Positions 1 through 14,872 are shown, numbered from the stretch's first letter. The stretch is 64,000 nucleotides of DNA from Octopus vulgaris (GCA_951406725.2 OX597818.1:84320001-84384000), one strand, 5' to 3'. Notes: generated from the letters alone by a model not told the origin. Made by a program: numbers and translations.

Positions 1-1100
1 ACCTGTATGTTCGCGCACACACATGCACATACACACACTTCCCCACACCCACACGTACATACATACACACTCATACACATACACACACACACACACACAC
101 GGACATACATCTATGCACACACATATATACACACATACTCACATACATTCATCGGACACACTGCCACCCAGACATACACACAGACACACTCACACATCCA
201 CACACACACATACGTACGCGCAAACTCGCAGGCGCGCGCACACACGCGCTTGCGCCGGTTCGCGCACGCATGCGCGCCGCATGCACCTCGCCCTTGGACC
301 CGACGAGACCTCCCGCCCGTTCCTGGGATGTCGCTTGTCGTTGGGTTTTCCCACGCCCGTCTCCGCGGGACCACTCTTCCATCTTCCCCTCCGCTGGAGT
401 CCTTTTCCTAAACCCCCCCCCTTTTTTTTTCGTTACACACACGCGCACACATATACACACATTGCTTAAACATATACATTACTCTTACACACATTCAATC
501 TACTCGCCACTAATACTACCACGACACTGGACACACACACACACTACTACTCAACACACGCTGGCACGCTACATACGCCCCCACCCCTTCCCCTCCCTCC
601 CTTCCTCCTTCCTCCCTTTTCTTACTACTGACCTTTGTCTGCTATGCTGCTGCTATGCTGACCACCGTCTCGCCCTACCTCACACGCCTACACACAGACG
701 CACACACTAACACATACATATATTTTTTGTTTTTTTACCTCGCCTCACACACACACATACACACACGCACACGCACACACTCACACATACACACACATCT
801 GTTGCGTTACCAACCTTGTCTCCACTCTTTTGCCTTTAAAAACCCACTTTGCTCTTGTTATCGTAAACATCCGCCTTTCACCATGTGCTACTCCTAACAC
901 CAGTCGTTTTTTTTTTTTTTTTTTCTCTATCTCCGTTGCCCGCTCCGGGATCTTTCTTTCCTCTCTCTTCCTTCTTTATGTTTCCGACGAAGAGCTCCGC
1001 TCGAAACGTCATACCTCCCTGATTCCATTTCCTGAGCGCCTATTAATAATAATACTGTAATTGTTCCATTGTTGTTGTTTTTTTGTTTCCCGTTTGGATT

Positions 1101-1105
<5 letters not shown>
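1..1105 (+). mobile_element. Probable 3' end (pseudo-LTR/UTR) of a Penelope-like element: CA/pyrimidine-rich tract ending in a hammerhead motif
   Basis: Same layout as the PLE at 27110-28135 (C/A-rich tract, then hammerhead, then short tail, then (TA)n at 1106). No coding part is visible in the window. Confidence 0.5.
980..1014 (+). ncRNA. Minimal type I hammerhead ribozyme motif, U4C core variant
   Basis: GTTT-CCGACGA-A-GAGC(TCC)GCTC-GAA-ACGT-C-ATAC: 4-bp stem II, palindromic ACGT stem III, stem I 3 of 4 pairs. Confidence 0.65.
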
Positions 1106-1157
<52 letters not shown>

Positions 1158-1569
1158 TGTGTGTGTGTATACCTACATACACATATACATACATATATAC
1201 AAAACAGATAGATAGACAAACAGACAGACAAACAACCAGGTAGATAGGCAGATAAATAGATAGAAATACAGACAGACAGACAGACAGATACATAGATACA
1301 TACATAGATGGATAGATAGATAACAAGGTAGATAGATAGATATGTGCATTTTGAGAAAAATGTGACATTCAGAAAAAAATAATAATTGACGGTTACTCAT
1401 GCGACAAACTGCAGTTGCCAGAATACAATTTAATATATATATATATATAAACAATATACTCTCTAACGTGTGTTGAGACCTTACATTTCCATTCATTTGC
1501 AAAACGTAACGACTGATTATGATGTACATCAACAAGTATATGTGTGTGTGTGAGCGCGTATGTGAATGC

Positions 1570-1659
<90 letters not shown>

Positions 1660-2340
1660 TTATTTTATATATATATATATATATATATGCGTATTTATGT
1701 ATGTATATATATGTGTGTTTATATAAGCACATAAACGTATACTGTACGAATTGTGTAGTCAAATATGAACATATGAACATATTTCTCATTCATTTACCTA
1801 TTTCTCAATTTCTTACTACGTGAAAGTATGCATGTGTACACACACACATGCGTGCTTACACACACACATTTATATATATGTTTATATATGTACGCATATA
1901 TTTTGTAGATGCATGTATACACAAGCCCACACATACACACGCCTGTCTATCTATCTTTATAGATACATACAAACATACGTACGTACGTACCTATGTACAG
2001 ATACGCATACATACATACATACATACATACATACATACATACATACATACATACATACATACATACATACATACATACATACATACATACATACATACAT
2101 ACATACATGTATATATACGTTCGTAGTCCACAGAACTGCAGGTTCGCATTTTTTTTGATGTAACGTAAAAAAATATTGAGATAAACAAAAAGATTTATAA
2201 AAAGAACAAACGAAAATCACACCACACATACACATGCACAGACGCGCATATCACACATACAACATACAGAAATCATTACGCATACTTTAAAAGAGCACAC
2301 GAATGAAATTATAAAAATACATAAAATAAAAATGTAAACC

Positions 2341-2378
2341 AAATAATAATAATAATGATGATGATAATAATAATAACG

Positions 2379-2428
<50 letters not shown>

Positions 2429-2451
2429 GATAATAAAAATAATAATAAAAA

Positions 2452-2545
<94 letters not shown>
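2341..2545. repeat. (TAA)n microsatellite
   Basis: Direct reading, about 200 bp with a few interruptions. Confidence 0.95.
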
Positions 2546-2905
2546 CATCTACTTACTATCAAACGAAGCAAGGCAGCGCATCTAACCAATCAACTAATCG
2601 ATTGATAGACATAAACCAACCAATCAACCAATCAAACATAACGACACTAACTCTACTTATTCTCTTACATCGACCCCCAAAGCTATTAAAAGAATCTCGG
2701 CTCACTTAGTATATCGCTAAACCAATATTGTCGTTTCAATTCTCTCCGCCAATTGCTAACCGTTTAAACACTAATGCTTTTCTTGCCAGCATCATAGAAA
2801 AAGAACATCATTCATCACTTTTGCTATTGCTGTTGGTGATTCTTGTCTTGGTGGTGTTGTATAGTGATATAGTAATGGCTGGTTGTATGTTTACAGTGGT
2901 ATACT

Positions 2906-2985
<80 letters not shown>

Positions 2986-3328
2986 TATGTACATGGCTTA
3001 GTTTAGTCTCGTGTAGAAATATAGTCAATTGTGAAGTATTATTTTAGGTTTGGGTTTGTGTTTGGTTTTCTATGTGTGCGGAATCAATTACGTTGATTCA
3101 GAAACATTGCCCAACCCCCGTCTATAGAGATTGTCAATTTTTAGCCCGTTTGATGTGCGGTTCTTATAGATCTTTTTAATGCTGTCCATGTTAGATTATA
3201 TATGATGTGTGTTGTGTGATTTTGTGCTGAATTATCTGATGCTATGTGATCTGATAAGTATAGGCATGCATGTATGCATACAGACACAGATGCATACAAA
3301 TAGAAATGTATATACATATATATCTGTA

Positions 3329-3370
<42 letters not shown>

Positions 3371-3468
3371 TATATGTGCATATATACTGATATAGGTTTA
3401 TATAATGAATACATGCATACATGCATATAAGTGCTATAGAAAGGTAAAGATTTATAAGCATATGTAGG

Positions 3469-3534
<66 letters not shown>

Positions 3535-3996
3535 TATATATAGAGAGAGAGATATATATATATATATATATATATACAAACATATACATACACATATATG
3601 TATATACATATGCATATAGGCATGCATATATATGTATATATATATATATACATGCATATATACACACAATTACGTATATATATATATGTATATACATATC
3701 CCTATATATAGATATATTTGTCTATGTATGTGAATGCATATATGCGTATATATATATATATATATATAATTCTATATACATCCGTACTTATATATCTATA
3801 CAGACATACACAGCATGACAGGGGTGTGGAGTATGGGTATTGTGGCGGGGACAGAGAATCACAGAGTAAGATAATCATACCAACAAATTCAAAGATGTAT
3901 TGGTACAAACACAGATTCCAGATAAGAAAAAAAAAACCCAGCTAAATACATAGCGAAATAAAATCTCACTTAGTCTTTTCCCTTTCTCTATATTAG

Positions 3997-4077
3997 TTGA
4001 ATAAACCGGATATCGATCCTGTGTCACAGACTCTGATCGCCAATATTTGACCGCCCATGCCAAGCAGTTCGATGCAG
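3997..4077 (+). CDS. Candidate internal exon of an unidentified gene
   Basis: Polypyrimidine tract and TAG acceptor (cttttccctttctctatattag) plus CAG|GTAAAC donor in non-repetitive sequence. Reads LNKPDIDPVSQTLIANI then TGA; one extra T in the TTT at 4046-4048 would give ...IANILTAHAKQFDA. Confidence 0.3.
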
Positions 4078-4220
4078 GTAAACGGTAAATGCATACATAT
4101 TTACATTTATAAGGACATCACATACGTCTTCATATTAAACTTATATTTACACCAGACACATTGGCATGTATAAAGAAACCATCTCGGATACATTCAAGCG
4201 TCTCTCTCTCTCTCTCCCTC

Positions 4221-4251
<31 letters not shown>

Positions 4252-4585
4252 CACTATATATATATATATATACATGCATGTATGTATTTATGTATGCATG
4301 TACAGATGTGTGTATAACTCTCTCTCTCTCCTCTCTTCCTCTATGTATATATATAATATATAATATATATATATATATACATAGAGTTAGCTAGCTACAT
4401 ATTCATGCATACACACTCACATATATGTGTGTGTGTGAGTGTGTATACATACACATCTTTACATACATATATGTGTGAGTATGAATGTGTATGTGCATGT
4501 ATGTGCATATGTGCACATGTCTATATATTCTTTCATTCTTGTATACGTTTCAGCTACAGAGTTGTGGCCGTGCTGGAGAACCGTC

Positions 4586-4671
<86 letters not shown>

Positions 4672-4923
4672 TCATATATACTCTTTACTCTTTTACTTGA
4701 TATATATATATATATATATATTCATGCACACGAGCTCCAATACACAAAGTAGCAACCTCCTTATAGACACTAACTAGTATGTATCACGCACATATTCCCA
4801 TATACTGGTGCACAAGCAGATGCATGCATCTACATTTATTCACATATATATATACACACACACAACCCTCATTTTTGACAACCAAATTTAATGAACAGCA
4901 AAACTGTTCTGAATAACAAACAG

Positions 4924-4972
<49 letters not shown>

Positions 4973-5134
4973 GTGTATGTGTCTGTGTGTGCTTATGTGT
5001 ATGTGCTATATAATAAGATTTGTATTTTCATATGATTCTGGGCACACACTAATACACATTCACGTAGAAACACACATTCACGTAGAAACACACGTAGAAA
5101 CACACATACATGCATTCATATATATATATATGCA

Positions 5135-5180
<46 letters not shown>

Positions 5181-5268
5181 TAAGTGTAGATGAGTGCATT
5201 TGCTTGTGTATTAGTATATGGGACTATGTGCGTGATACATACTAGTTACTACGAGCTCATGTGCATGA

Positions 5269-5303
<35 letters not shown>

Positions 5304-5489
5304 TATTTGTATATATATATATGTATATGAACATATATACATATATGTATGTGTTTATGTATGTATGTATACGCACGCGCGTACACATATAATAAACCGA
5401 GGCGTCAGAAACCGGGAAATTAAATGTGAAATCAACAGATATTTCGATATATTGCGTAGTTGACGGTATTGGTAATGGAGGTGATGAAC

Positions 5490-6040
5490 GCGTTGGTGGT
5501 GAGGTGAGGAGAGGAGAGTGGTATATGGCGATCGTAGCACGGCGGTGGTACTGTGCTGTGATGGTGGTGGTTTCGTGCTGATATGGTGGTCAAGGTGGCT
5601 GTGGTGGAGGTGGTGGTAATAGTACAGCGTCGCCATCACATTCGTCGTTGTCATCTTTCCCTGATGGGTCTATAGACGATGTTTGGTTTATTGGTACTTC
5701 GATGGAAGTGGTGGTGGTGTTGATGGTGATGGTGATGATGGTGGTGGTGATTATGGTGGTGGTGGTGGTGATTGTGGTGGTGGTGGTGGTGGTGGGTGAT
5801 GATGATGGTGATGGCAGTGAAGGTGGTGGTAGCTGTGGTGGTTGTTGTAGTAGTGGTGGTGGTGGTGGTGATGGTGGTAATGATGCTGGTGACGTTGGTG
5901 ATGGTGGTGATGGTGGTGGTGCTGGTGGTGCTGGTAGCGGTGGTGGTGATGCTGGTGGTCGTCGTCGTTGTCGTGGTTGTGTTTGAAGTGGTTGTGGCAA
6001 CGGTTATCGCCGTCTACATTGTTGCCGTCGTTGTCATTAT
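5490..6040. repeat. (GGT/GAT)n low-complexity trinucleotide tract
   Basis: Direct reading; explains the Pro-, Gly-, His- and Val-rich pseudo-ORFs. Confidence 0.9.
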
Positions 6041-6059
6041 ATTGTGTTCTTCTAATCCG

Positions 6060-6517
6060 GGAAGCTGGCGGAAATGGTTGCGCGTCGGACAAAATGATTA
6101 GCAGAATTTCTTCCGATGTATTACATTCTGAGTTCAAATTCCACCGAGTTGACTTTGCCGTTCATCCTTCGAGATCGATAAAATAATAACCAGTTGAGCT
6201 TAGATCGCTCCCCTCAATATTGTTCACCTTGTTTCTAAATTCGAAATGATTCTGGCCTTGCAATTGACAAGTATACATGTTGGTGGTGCTGGTGCTGGTG
6301 GTGGTGGTACTATTGCATCTTGTTATGGCAGCGACGGCGGTGGGGGTATGATGATGATTATGATGACGATGAAAGTTATAATCTTTTCTACTCTAGGCAC
6401 AAGGTCTGAAACTGTGGTGGAGGCGCAAGTCGATTAGATCCACCCAAGTATGCAAATGGTGCTTAATTTATCAACCCTAAAAGGATGAAAGGCAAAGACG
6501 ACCTCGGCGGAATTTGA

Positions 6518-6518
<1 letters not shown>
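6060..6518. mobile_element. Two decayed Meta/MESC-domain-type SINE copies in opposite orientation (about 6060-6250 +, about 6385-6518 -)
   Basis: gagttcaaattcc...gactttgcc..tcatccttc...gataaaat motif on + and its reverse complement aggatgaaaggcaaag.cgacctcggcggaatttgaa. Confidence 0.7.
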
Positions 6519-6582
<64 letters not shown>

Positions 6583-6633
6583 TAATAATAATAACAATAA
6601 TAATAATAATAATAATGATAATGATGATAATAA

Positions 6634-6705
<72 letters not shown>
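6518..6705. repeat. (TAA)n microsatellite directly upstream of a Dong/R4-like LINE fragment
   Basis: Direct reading. Confidence 0.95.
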
Positions 6706-7722
6706 CTCAAACAATTCCTTACGTTGTCGGTGACCCTAATTTGGTTCACAGAAGCAGAGCTCGAAGCTATCAAAAGACGGGTCTTGGAAAATAGCAAAAG
6801 AGATGACGATGAAAATACAGTTCTTACTAATAAGAGTAATCGCATAGCAAAGGAAAGGGGCAGTGGTAATTTACTTGATGAGAGACATGTAGATGATATA
6901 AAGGAAGAAAATATAACTAATGGCGACATGACAGATGAACAAAAGGCAATCTACGACAGAATAAAGGCAAGACTACAGGAGAACGATAGCAACATTATTT
7001 GCAAACTTAAAAAGGTTGATCGATGGAAATTGAACCAAGAAACGAAAAATACCAATGAAATTCTGAAATACATCAGAACAAACAACATCACAGAAACAAA
7101 TAATTTGATCAAGACAGCAAGTATTGTTGTAGCAGAAAACGTGGGTATTGACGTCAAGAAAAAGAAACATAATGGGGGTGACAAAAGAAAAGAACAATGG
7201 TGGTAAAGAAGAATACAGGCAGGGTTAGAATGCTCTTGAAGGAAATCTCTGTGTTAGAACGAAAAGAGAAAGAGGAGCTTAAAAGCGAACAAAAATACAG
7301 GGCGCTGAAAACGAAGTATAATATTGAAAGAAAGGGCCTGAAAGTGGTAACGGAGGAACTGAAACAGCGCCTCGTTGCAAAGAAAGCAAAGATAGTAAGA
7401 TACGACCAAAGAATGGAGGGTTACCACCAGAATAGGCTATTCACAGTAGATCAGAAGAGATTCTATAAAGAAATAAATGGAGATTGTACATATGGAAAGT
7501 TGATACCAGATCCCAATGAAAGTCAACGTTTTTGGGGTGACATCTGGAGCAAAGACAAAGATCACAAGAAGGATGCTGAATGGTTGCAAGAACTAAAACA
7601 GCAGTCTGTCCAAAACAAGCAGAATTAGTCATTTCAGTTACGGAAGTAAAGGAAATCAGCAAAAAATGAGCAACTGGAAGGCCCTAGGACTAGATGGAGT
7701 TCAAGGCTACTAGAGCAAAATG
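6706..7722 (+). mobile_element. R4/Dong-clade non-LTR retrotransposon fragment (region upstream of and entering RT), disrupted
   Basis: ORFs 6724-7206 and 7197-7628 give NITETNNLIKTASIVVA, QNRLFTVDQKRFY, FWGDIWSK...AEWL, followed by NWKALGLDGVQGY (NWKAPGxDG motif) with stops and frameshifts. Confidence 0.85.
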
Positions 7723-8029
7723 GCTAACGACACTTCTGTCTCCTTACGATTTGATGTGAAATGCAACCGAGCTCGACTTTGCTTTACATCCTTTCGGGGT
7801 CGATGATATATGTACCAGTTGTATCAATTCTGAACTAGAGTCGATGTAATCGGTTTCCACCTTCCACTCGAAAGTTACTCGCCTTACGCCAAAATTAGTA
7901 AGAAATATATTAATAGTTTTAAGGCTATTTTTAAGGGAGACATTCGTAACTGTCCCAGCTTATTGCAATTTTAGTATATCATTATTATACGCCTAATAAG
8001 CTGAACTAACAAATTTTGTTACTCCAGAT

Positions 8030-8885
8030 TGAAAGAGGTGGCTGTAACATCACATTGAATACGCCCTACTAAACATTGCTTGTCACAGCTGACTAGTTTC
8101 CAGAATGCAGTCAGACATGAAGACAACGTTAAACAAGGCAAAAACGCTAAACAAACTTTGCAATATTCCAGCTTGTTTGTGGATTAACTTGTATGAGCCG
8201 AGCATCTGTTTCTCGCTGGAACAAGAGGTTCCAGGACAGCAGAAAGTGTGAGTGAGACGATGCGAAGTGTGAATGTCAGCACATCACTGCTAGCTAAGAA
8301 AATTCGTAATTTTCTGGCTGAAGACATTTGGGTGTCTATAAAGACAATAAGTATCTATAAAGACAATAAGTATCTATAAAGACAATAAGTTTGGGGTTGG
8401 TGTAGCAACTGCACGCAGAATTATTTATGTAAATCTAAACATACGCAAAATTTGTGCAAAGTTTGTTCTCACGCTGCACAGTGAGGAGCATCCAGGCAAT
8501 CGACTACTTGACATAGATGGACATCAAAACTGTCACTTGTCTCCCCTACATTCCAAACCTTGTTTTCTGTGAATTTTGATTATCCTATGGCATAATTAAA
8601 ATTCACACGGAACAAGGTTCACAGGGAACAAAATTCACAGGGAACAAGCTAAAGTACAAGCTCAGAGTCTGTCGTTTTTGGAGGCGAAGGCGGCTGTGGC
8701 AAGGGTCCAGAGCAGTTTTACTTTGGAGACCTCCCATGAGTCCTTCACGAAGTGACCGGGGCGTTACAACTAGTGCATTGAAGTCAAAGGATTCTACAAT
8801 GACGAAGACTAGTCTTTCCTATTTCTTTGAATTTAATAGATGTTTCCTCTGAAAAAGTCTAAAAACTTCTGGAATGCATCTTGTG
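8030..8885 (+). mobile_element. Decayed, internally deleted mariner transposon
   Basis: Translates to CMSRASVSRWNKRFQ (HTH), RKICAKFV (WVPH-like motif), PYIPNLVFCEF (YSPDLAPCDF) and CIEVKGFY; TIR-like end aaaagtctaaaaacttctggaatgcatcttgt. Confidence 0.8.
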
Positions 8886-9224
8886 TTTGTGTTAATACAA
8901 TTCCATGTGTATATAGGTGAACATACCTTTTTTTTGTGATTGTCGAAGTAGATATTTTACGTGGATATTATATTTCTGTGAAAGTGCTATTGTCTATATT
9001 TCTCCATTAACATATATCTGCGCATATGTATATATTCGTTAACATATTTGAATATGTGTTTATGTGTATGTGCGTATGCTTAGGTGAATGCGTGCTTCCT
9101 TGCGCACAAATCATTATGCCTGTTCATATCAAGATATTCATTGAAAATACTACTCTTTACGCACGAATACAGATGCACACATGGACACGCAGAGGCACAG
9201 ACATATACATATCTTTAGAGAGAT

Positions 9225-9465
<241 letters not shown>

Positions 9466-9540
9466 TTAGAGATAGAGAGGGTGAGAGATAAACTTATTCG
9501 TATGTTGAAATATATTCTCAGATACATAACATATTTGATA

Positions 9541-9590
<50 letters not shown>

Positions 9591-9612
9591 ATATACATAC
9601 ATACATACATAC

Positions 9613-9658
<46 letters not shown>

Positions 9659-9695
9659 ATATGTATGTATGTATGTATACATATATGTATATATA

Positions 9696-9745
<50 letters not shown>

Positions 9746-10502
9746 TAGAGAGAGAGAGAGGGATGTAGTTATAGATATTCGTACAAACATACATACATGC
9801 ATACATACATACAAACATACATACATATGAACGAATATATTTGTTGTTGTGACCTTTAGTCATGTGATCTTTACAGACTTTACGTTTTCAATATGGCTGC
9901 CAATCATAATTTCACGATGCCCAGTCTCTTAGACTGAAAATATTTTCCTTCGGACAACCTCTTTTTCCCATGACAGTTTAATAACACTGGACTGCACTCT
10001 ATTTATTAGTTAGCTAAAAGCAACTGTCAGCTTAGTTGTAATGGTGTTGTATACCACTTCCGACTAATGGTTAATACATACACCATGTAAACATGATGAT
10101 AGCAGGACTACCTTTCTTTATGTGTGTTTATATCTGTCAATCCGTTTGAGCTTGTATGTGTATTTATTGTGTGTGTGTATGTATGTCTGTGTGGTATTGT
10201 TCTAATGCGTAAGTGATTAATATTTTTTTGTGTTTATAGTGAAGAATATGGTGTAAACCTATAGATAGAAATATAGAAGATATTGTTTCGGTTTATGATT
10301 TCATTAAGCACGAAATCAACTTTTGCTAAGAGATAAGAAAAGTTTATTGCTTTGTGGGAAGTGTTACAAACATGACATACATACATTTATACATATATAT
10401 ATATGTGTGTGTGTGTATGTATGTATGTATGTATGTATGTATATGTGTATGTACATTTGTATGTATATATGCATATAAACAAATCTAGTTATATATATTT
10501 AT

Positions 10503-10540
<38 letters not shown>

Positions 10541-10664
10541 TATATAGAGAGAGACGTAAATATATATATATATACGTACACATATGCATACATATGAATA
10601 TATGAATACATTATGCATACATACATACATACAAACATACATACAGACAGATAGACAGACAGGC

Positions 10665-10782
<118 letters not shown>

Positions 10783-10816
10783 GTATTACTTATACCAGAA
10801 TTTTATTTTGTTTTTG

Positions 10817-10855
10817 GCGTGACTTGAGTTTCACACCGCTGCGCTCTTCAGATGG
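10817..10855 (-). ncRNA. Minimal hammerhead ribozyme motif with canonical core and decayed stem I
   Basis: Reverse complement: CCAT-CTGAAGA-GCGC(AGCG)GTGT-GAA-AC(TCAA)GT-C-ACG. Confidence 0.55.
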
Positions 10856-11574
10856 ATATTATTTTTTCCGTTATTTTGAACTTTTTTCATTTACTTTAAA
10901 GTGGATATATTCTTCTGAGTGTGATTATCATTTACGTTGGTGATTTACTAAATATGATTCTGTTAAGATGGTGCTTTTTAATCACCGATTCATTTGTTGT
11001 TTTTCTCTGTTATTTGATTTCGTTGTCATATTTTGTCTTATCATGGTTTCATTTCAAGATGTTTTGATAACTGTCGTAAAGTCAGTTTTCATTGACCACT
11101 TCATCAATTTTTTATCTTCTGCTTACTGGTCGGCTTGATTATTATGTCTGGTTTCTAAAACGGTGAGCTTACAGAATCGTAAGCGCGTCGGACAAAATTC
11201 TTAGCAGCTTTCCTTCTTACATTTAACATTCAGAATTCAAATACCCATGAAGTCAACTTTGCCTTTCATCCTTTTGCTGTCAATTAATCAAAGTACCGGT
11301 TTAAGTACCAATCGACTAAGGCTCCTTTCTCTAAAATTACTCACATTTTGCCAAAATCTGAAACAATTATTTCAACTCCTTCTAACAAATTGCCATTGCA
11401 TTGGTTTCCCTGAGAGGTGAGTTTAATGTCACTAAAACGTTGCTTATCCAATGTTGCGTTCTGAACAACATAATCTTATCAGCTCTGAAGACAGTGTTTC
11501 ACCATTGCCTCACTCGCTACGATTAATACATACATGTACACACACACGTACACGCACATACATGATATATATAG

Positions 11575-11758
11575 TTCAAATTTATAGAGAAACAAAGACG
11601 AAGGCAGATGTATGAACAACAAGCAAGTATATTAGTTTGATGCTCGGAAAAAATGGAAAAGTCTTTTACGTTTCGAGCCTATGCTCTTCGACAGAAAAGA
11701 ATAAGAGGAAATAAATAGAGAATGAAAACAAAACCTGTCGCGTTCAGTGGTCCTGCAC
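11575..11758 (-). mobile_element. Short PLE 3' terminal fragment, same family as 27985-28135
   Basis: Reverse complement aligns by eye to 28000-28135 (ccgagcat.aaactaat...cttcgtcttt) and contains the same hammerhead; flanked by TA/CA repeats. Confidence 0.7.
11663..11698 (-). ncRNA. Minimal hammerhead motif, A6U core variant
   Basis: Reverse complement: TTTT-CTGTCGA-A-GAGC(ATAG)GCTC-GAA-ACGT-A-AAAG. Confidence 0.6.
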
Positions 11759-11984
11759 AAATGTATATATATATATATACATTATATATATGTATGCATG
11801 TATATTTATGTATGTATGTATGTATGTATATATATATGTATGTATACATGTATATATGTATATATATATGTATACATGTCTATATGTATATATGTATATA
11901 TATATGTATATACATACATATATATATATATATATACATATGTGTATGTATACATGTATATATGTAAATATATTCTGTTATTTA

Positions 11985-12302
11985 TTTACTTGTTTCACTC
12001 ATTTGACTGCGGCCATGTTGGAGCACCACATTTAGTCGAACAACTCAATCCCAGGACTTATTCTTTGTAAGCCTAGTACTTATTCTATCGGTCACTTTTG
12101 CCGAAACGTTTTGTTAAACGATGGTGGGGGGACAAACAGACGCACAAACATATACATACATATACACACACACACACATGCAACGGGCTTTTTTCAATTT
12201 CCGTCTACCAACTTCACTCACACGGTTTTAGTCGGCTCGAGGCTATAGCAGAAGACACTTGCCCAAAGTGCCACACAGTGGGACTGATCTCGGAACCATG
12301 TG
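11985..12302 (-). mobile_element. tRNA-derived SINE, family A (partial)
   Basis: Matches the intact copy at 55933-56330. Confidence 0.85.
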
Positions 12303-12719
12303 TCTATGTATACATATATATCATGTAACCACACAGACGGAATCTAAAAATATCGCTTTTGTTATGCACTGAATCCTTGAACAGAAACAATACGAACATC
12401 TATTAATATGTATTAATGTTTATTAATATTTTCTCTTACAACCGCACAACGTTACAATAACTTCAGACATCAAGAAAATCATATTTAAATCCACACATTC
12501 TAATTCTGAATAAGCTATTTTTAAACTCACGAATTTGCTACAAGCGTTCGGTACCATAATTTCTTCTGATAATCTTCCGTAGCAGGCCTACACAAATATT
12601 ATAATCAAAACTGCGGTATAATAGTAAAATAATAAATAATGAAGACGGGAGGCTTTTTACAATATGCAAAGGGAGATTAAATATTTTAGCACAAAAATCC
12701 TTCATGAGAAATGAACGCC

Positions 12720-12819
12720 TCAGAAATGTAGGTTTAAGTAGATCCTGCCATGTTGATCGCCGTACGGACAATGATCCTCGTAGACCCTCACATTTTGATT
12801 GCAGTCAGCATGCCCGACC
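12720..12819 (-). CDS. Weak candidate terminal exon
   Basis: aattttacgtag acceptor followed by GC-richer unique sequence reading VGHADCNQNVRVYEDHCPYGDQHGRIYLNLHF* (or SGMLTAIKM* in another phase); phases fit the two donors at 19876 and 19872. Confidence 0.2.
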
Positions 12820-13089
12820 CTACGTAAAATTACATTTCTAAGCCATTCATTTCTAATGTTTAACTGTCGTCTTTATAACCAGGGAATATTATGATTTGCA
12901 GAGCATAAGTAAAACACACAATGACTCACTACCACCAAATCTGGATCGATGGTACTCACACGCTCAAAATAGCATAAATCCTAAGATTACTTATTCAAAC
13001 GAATGGCAGAGATTAAGTCATCTACAGAGTATTGATTCACGAATACGCTGTGTCGTCTCTCCATCTATTCCGCTACGGCTACAATGCTC

Positions 13090-13458
13090 TTTTACTCATT
13101 TTTACTTGTTTCAGTCATTTGACTGCGGCCATGCTGGAGCACCGCCTTTAGTCGATCGAGCAAATCGTCCCCAAGAATTATTCTTTGTATGCCTCTTTTT
13201 TCTATCGGTCTCTATTGCCGAACAGCTAAGTTACGGGGACGTAACCACACCAGCATCAGTTGTCAAGCGATGTTGGGGGGACAAACACAGACACACAAAC
13301 ATATGCACACACATACATACATTTATATTTATGCCGAAATTACTACGATGATCCGGTTCTTGACTGAAGACTGAGGGTTTCGAATGTCCTGTCCGTGTTT
13401 ATTGTGTCGTCTTCTAAGAGTTATACGTTCTTGTCCATGTTGTATTTTTCTACATACC

Positions 13459-13493
<35 letters not shown>

Positions 13494-13652
13494 GACGGGC
13501 TTCTTTCAGTTTCCGTCTACCAAATCCACTCACAAGGCTTTGGTCGGCCCGAGGCTATAGTAGAAGACACTTGCCCAAGGTGCCACGCAGTGGGACTGAA
13601 CCCGGAACCATGTGGTTGGTAAGCAAGCTACTTACCACACAGCCACTCCTAC
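13090..13652 (-). mobile_element. tRNA-derived SINE family A, full length, with a ~140-bp insert in its internal microsatellite
   Basis: Head ggagtggctgtgtggtaagtagcttgcttaccaaccacatggttccgggttcagtccc (A and B boxes), ccttgggcaag core, and tail ending cagtcaaatgactgaaacaagtaaaa. Confidence 0.9.
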
Positions 13653-14192
13653 GTCTCAATGTTCTTTGTTCATTAGAATTATACCCCTGTTATCAATATC
13701 AGCAGGTTTTCTTATTCTCGCTTCATCAGACCCCACTTAAAGACTTTCAAACAATTCCTTTCCAAATCAGTTGCCCCAAGGAAAATATCGAGTCAGGCCA
13801 CTATTTTCACCGGAGACACCAACACACTGATGTCAAAGCTGACCGTTAAAATCGTGAAGTTTACCAAAATGGAAGAATACTTGAAACTTAAATGAAATTC
13901 TAAATAATAGCTTCGTTAGATATAGATCGATTATCAGACATAAATCCAAATGTAGACAAAGGTATTGTTTACTGCTGCGCAAAGATCTATGAAAGATATA
14001 TATATCACAAGTGCAAGGGTTATCGTCCTCAACAAAGAGCATTGAGCAGGTTTATCGAATGGTATGTTATAGATGACCTTATCTAAAATAGCAATACAGT
14101 TTCATCACAGATCCTGGGAAGTTAAGAGCTAATCGGACTTTTGATTGGCGTCATCAACACATATTAATAGTGGAGCTATTACGTGATATATT

Positions 14193-14226
<34 letters not shown>

Positions 14227-14705
14227 ACATACACACATACATTGTAGCGAAAATGCATCCTCAAAATTGTTGCCATGAACAGGATATTGTGTTTGAGTAC
14301 GTGAGTGTCTATGTGTGCATATATATATAAGCATGCAAGTATGCTTGTGTGTATATATATGCATACAAGTATGCTTGCACACACACAGATACACGCATAT
14401 ATACATACTCAGACAGACACATACGCACACATATGGATATATACTATCACAAGAAGTAGTAGCATTAATAGTAGAAGTTGTAGAAGCAGCAACACCCAGA
14501 GGAGTATAATCTGTTTCACCAACATCATCATCATCATTATCGTCGTCGTCATCATCATCATCATTACCACCACCACCACCACCACCACGATCACCACTAC
14601 CACTACCACCACCACCACCACCATCATCATATAATATACGTGTGCGTGTGTGTCTTTGTGTATACATGTGTATGTGTATATATATAAATATATATATATA
14701 CATAC

Positions 14706-14795
<90 letters not shown>

Positions 14796-14872
14796 ACTTA
14801 TATACATCATATATGTATATGCGTGTATATATGCATAAATGCATGTGGTTACAGAAAAATATTTCTCGTATA

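Noticed and set aside
3070-3112. 7-bp hairpin GAATCAA/TTGATTC followed by AGAAAC
   Set aside because: The upstream core is unrecognisable, so it cannot be supported as a ribozyme.
5590-6137. Pro-rich, Gly-rich and His-rich ORFs on both strands
   Set aside because: A (GGT)n low-complexity tract open in several frames, with no splice signals or domain.
13330-13460. CTGAAGA...TCGAA in an insert within a SINE
   Set aside because: No convincing stem II or stem I, so not called a hammerhead; the insert's identity is unknown.
13730-13849. Plus-strand AG followed by TPLKDFQTIPFQISCPKE...
   Set aside because: Weak acceptor and no homology recognised; compatible with chance.
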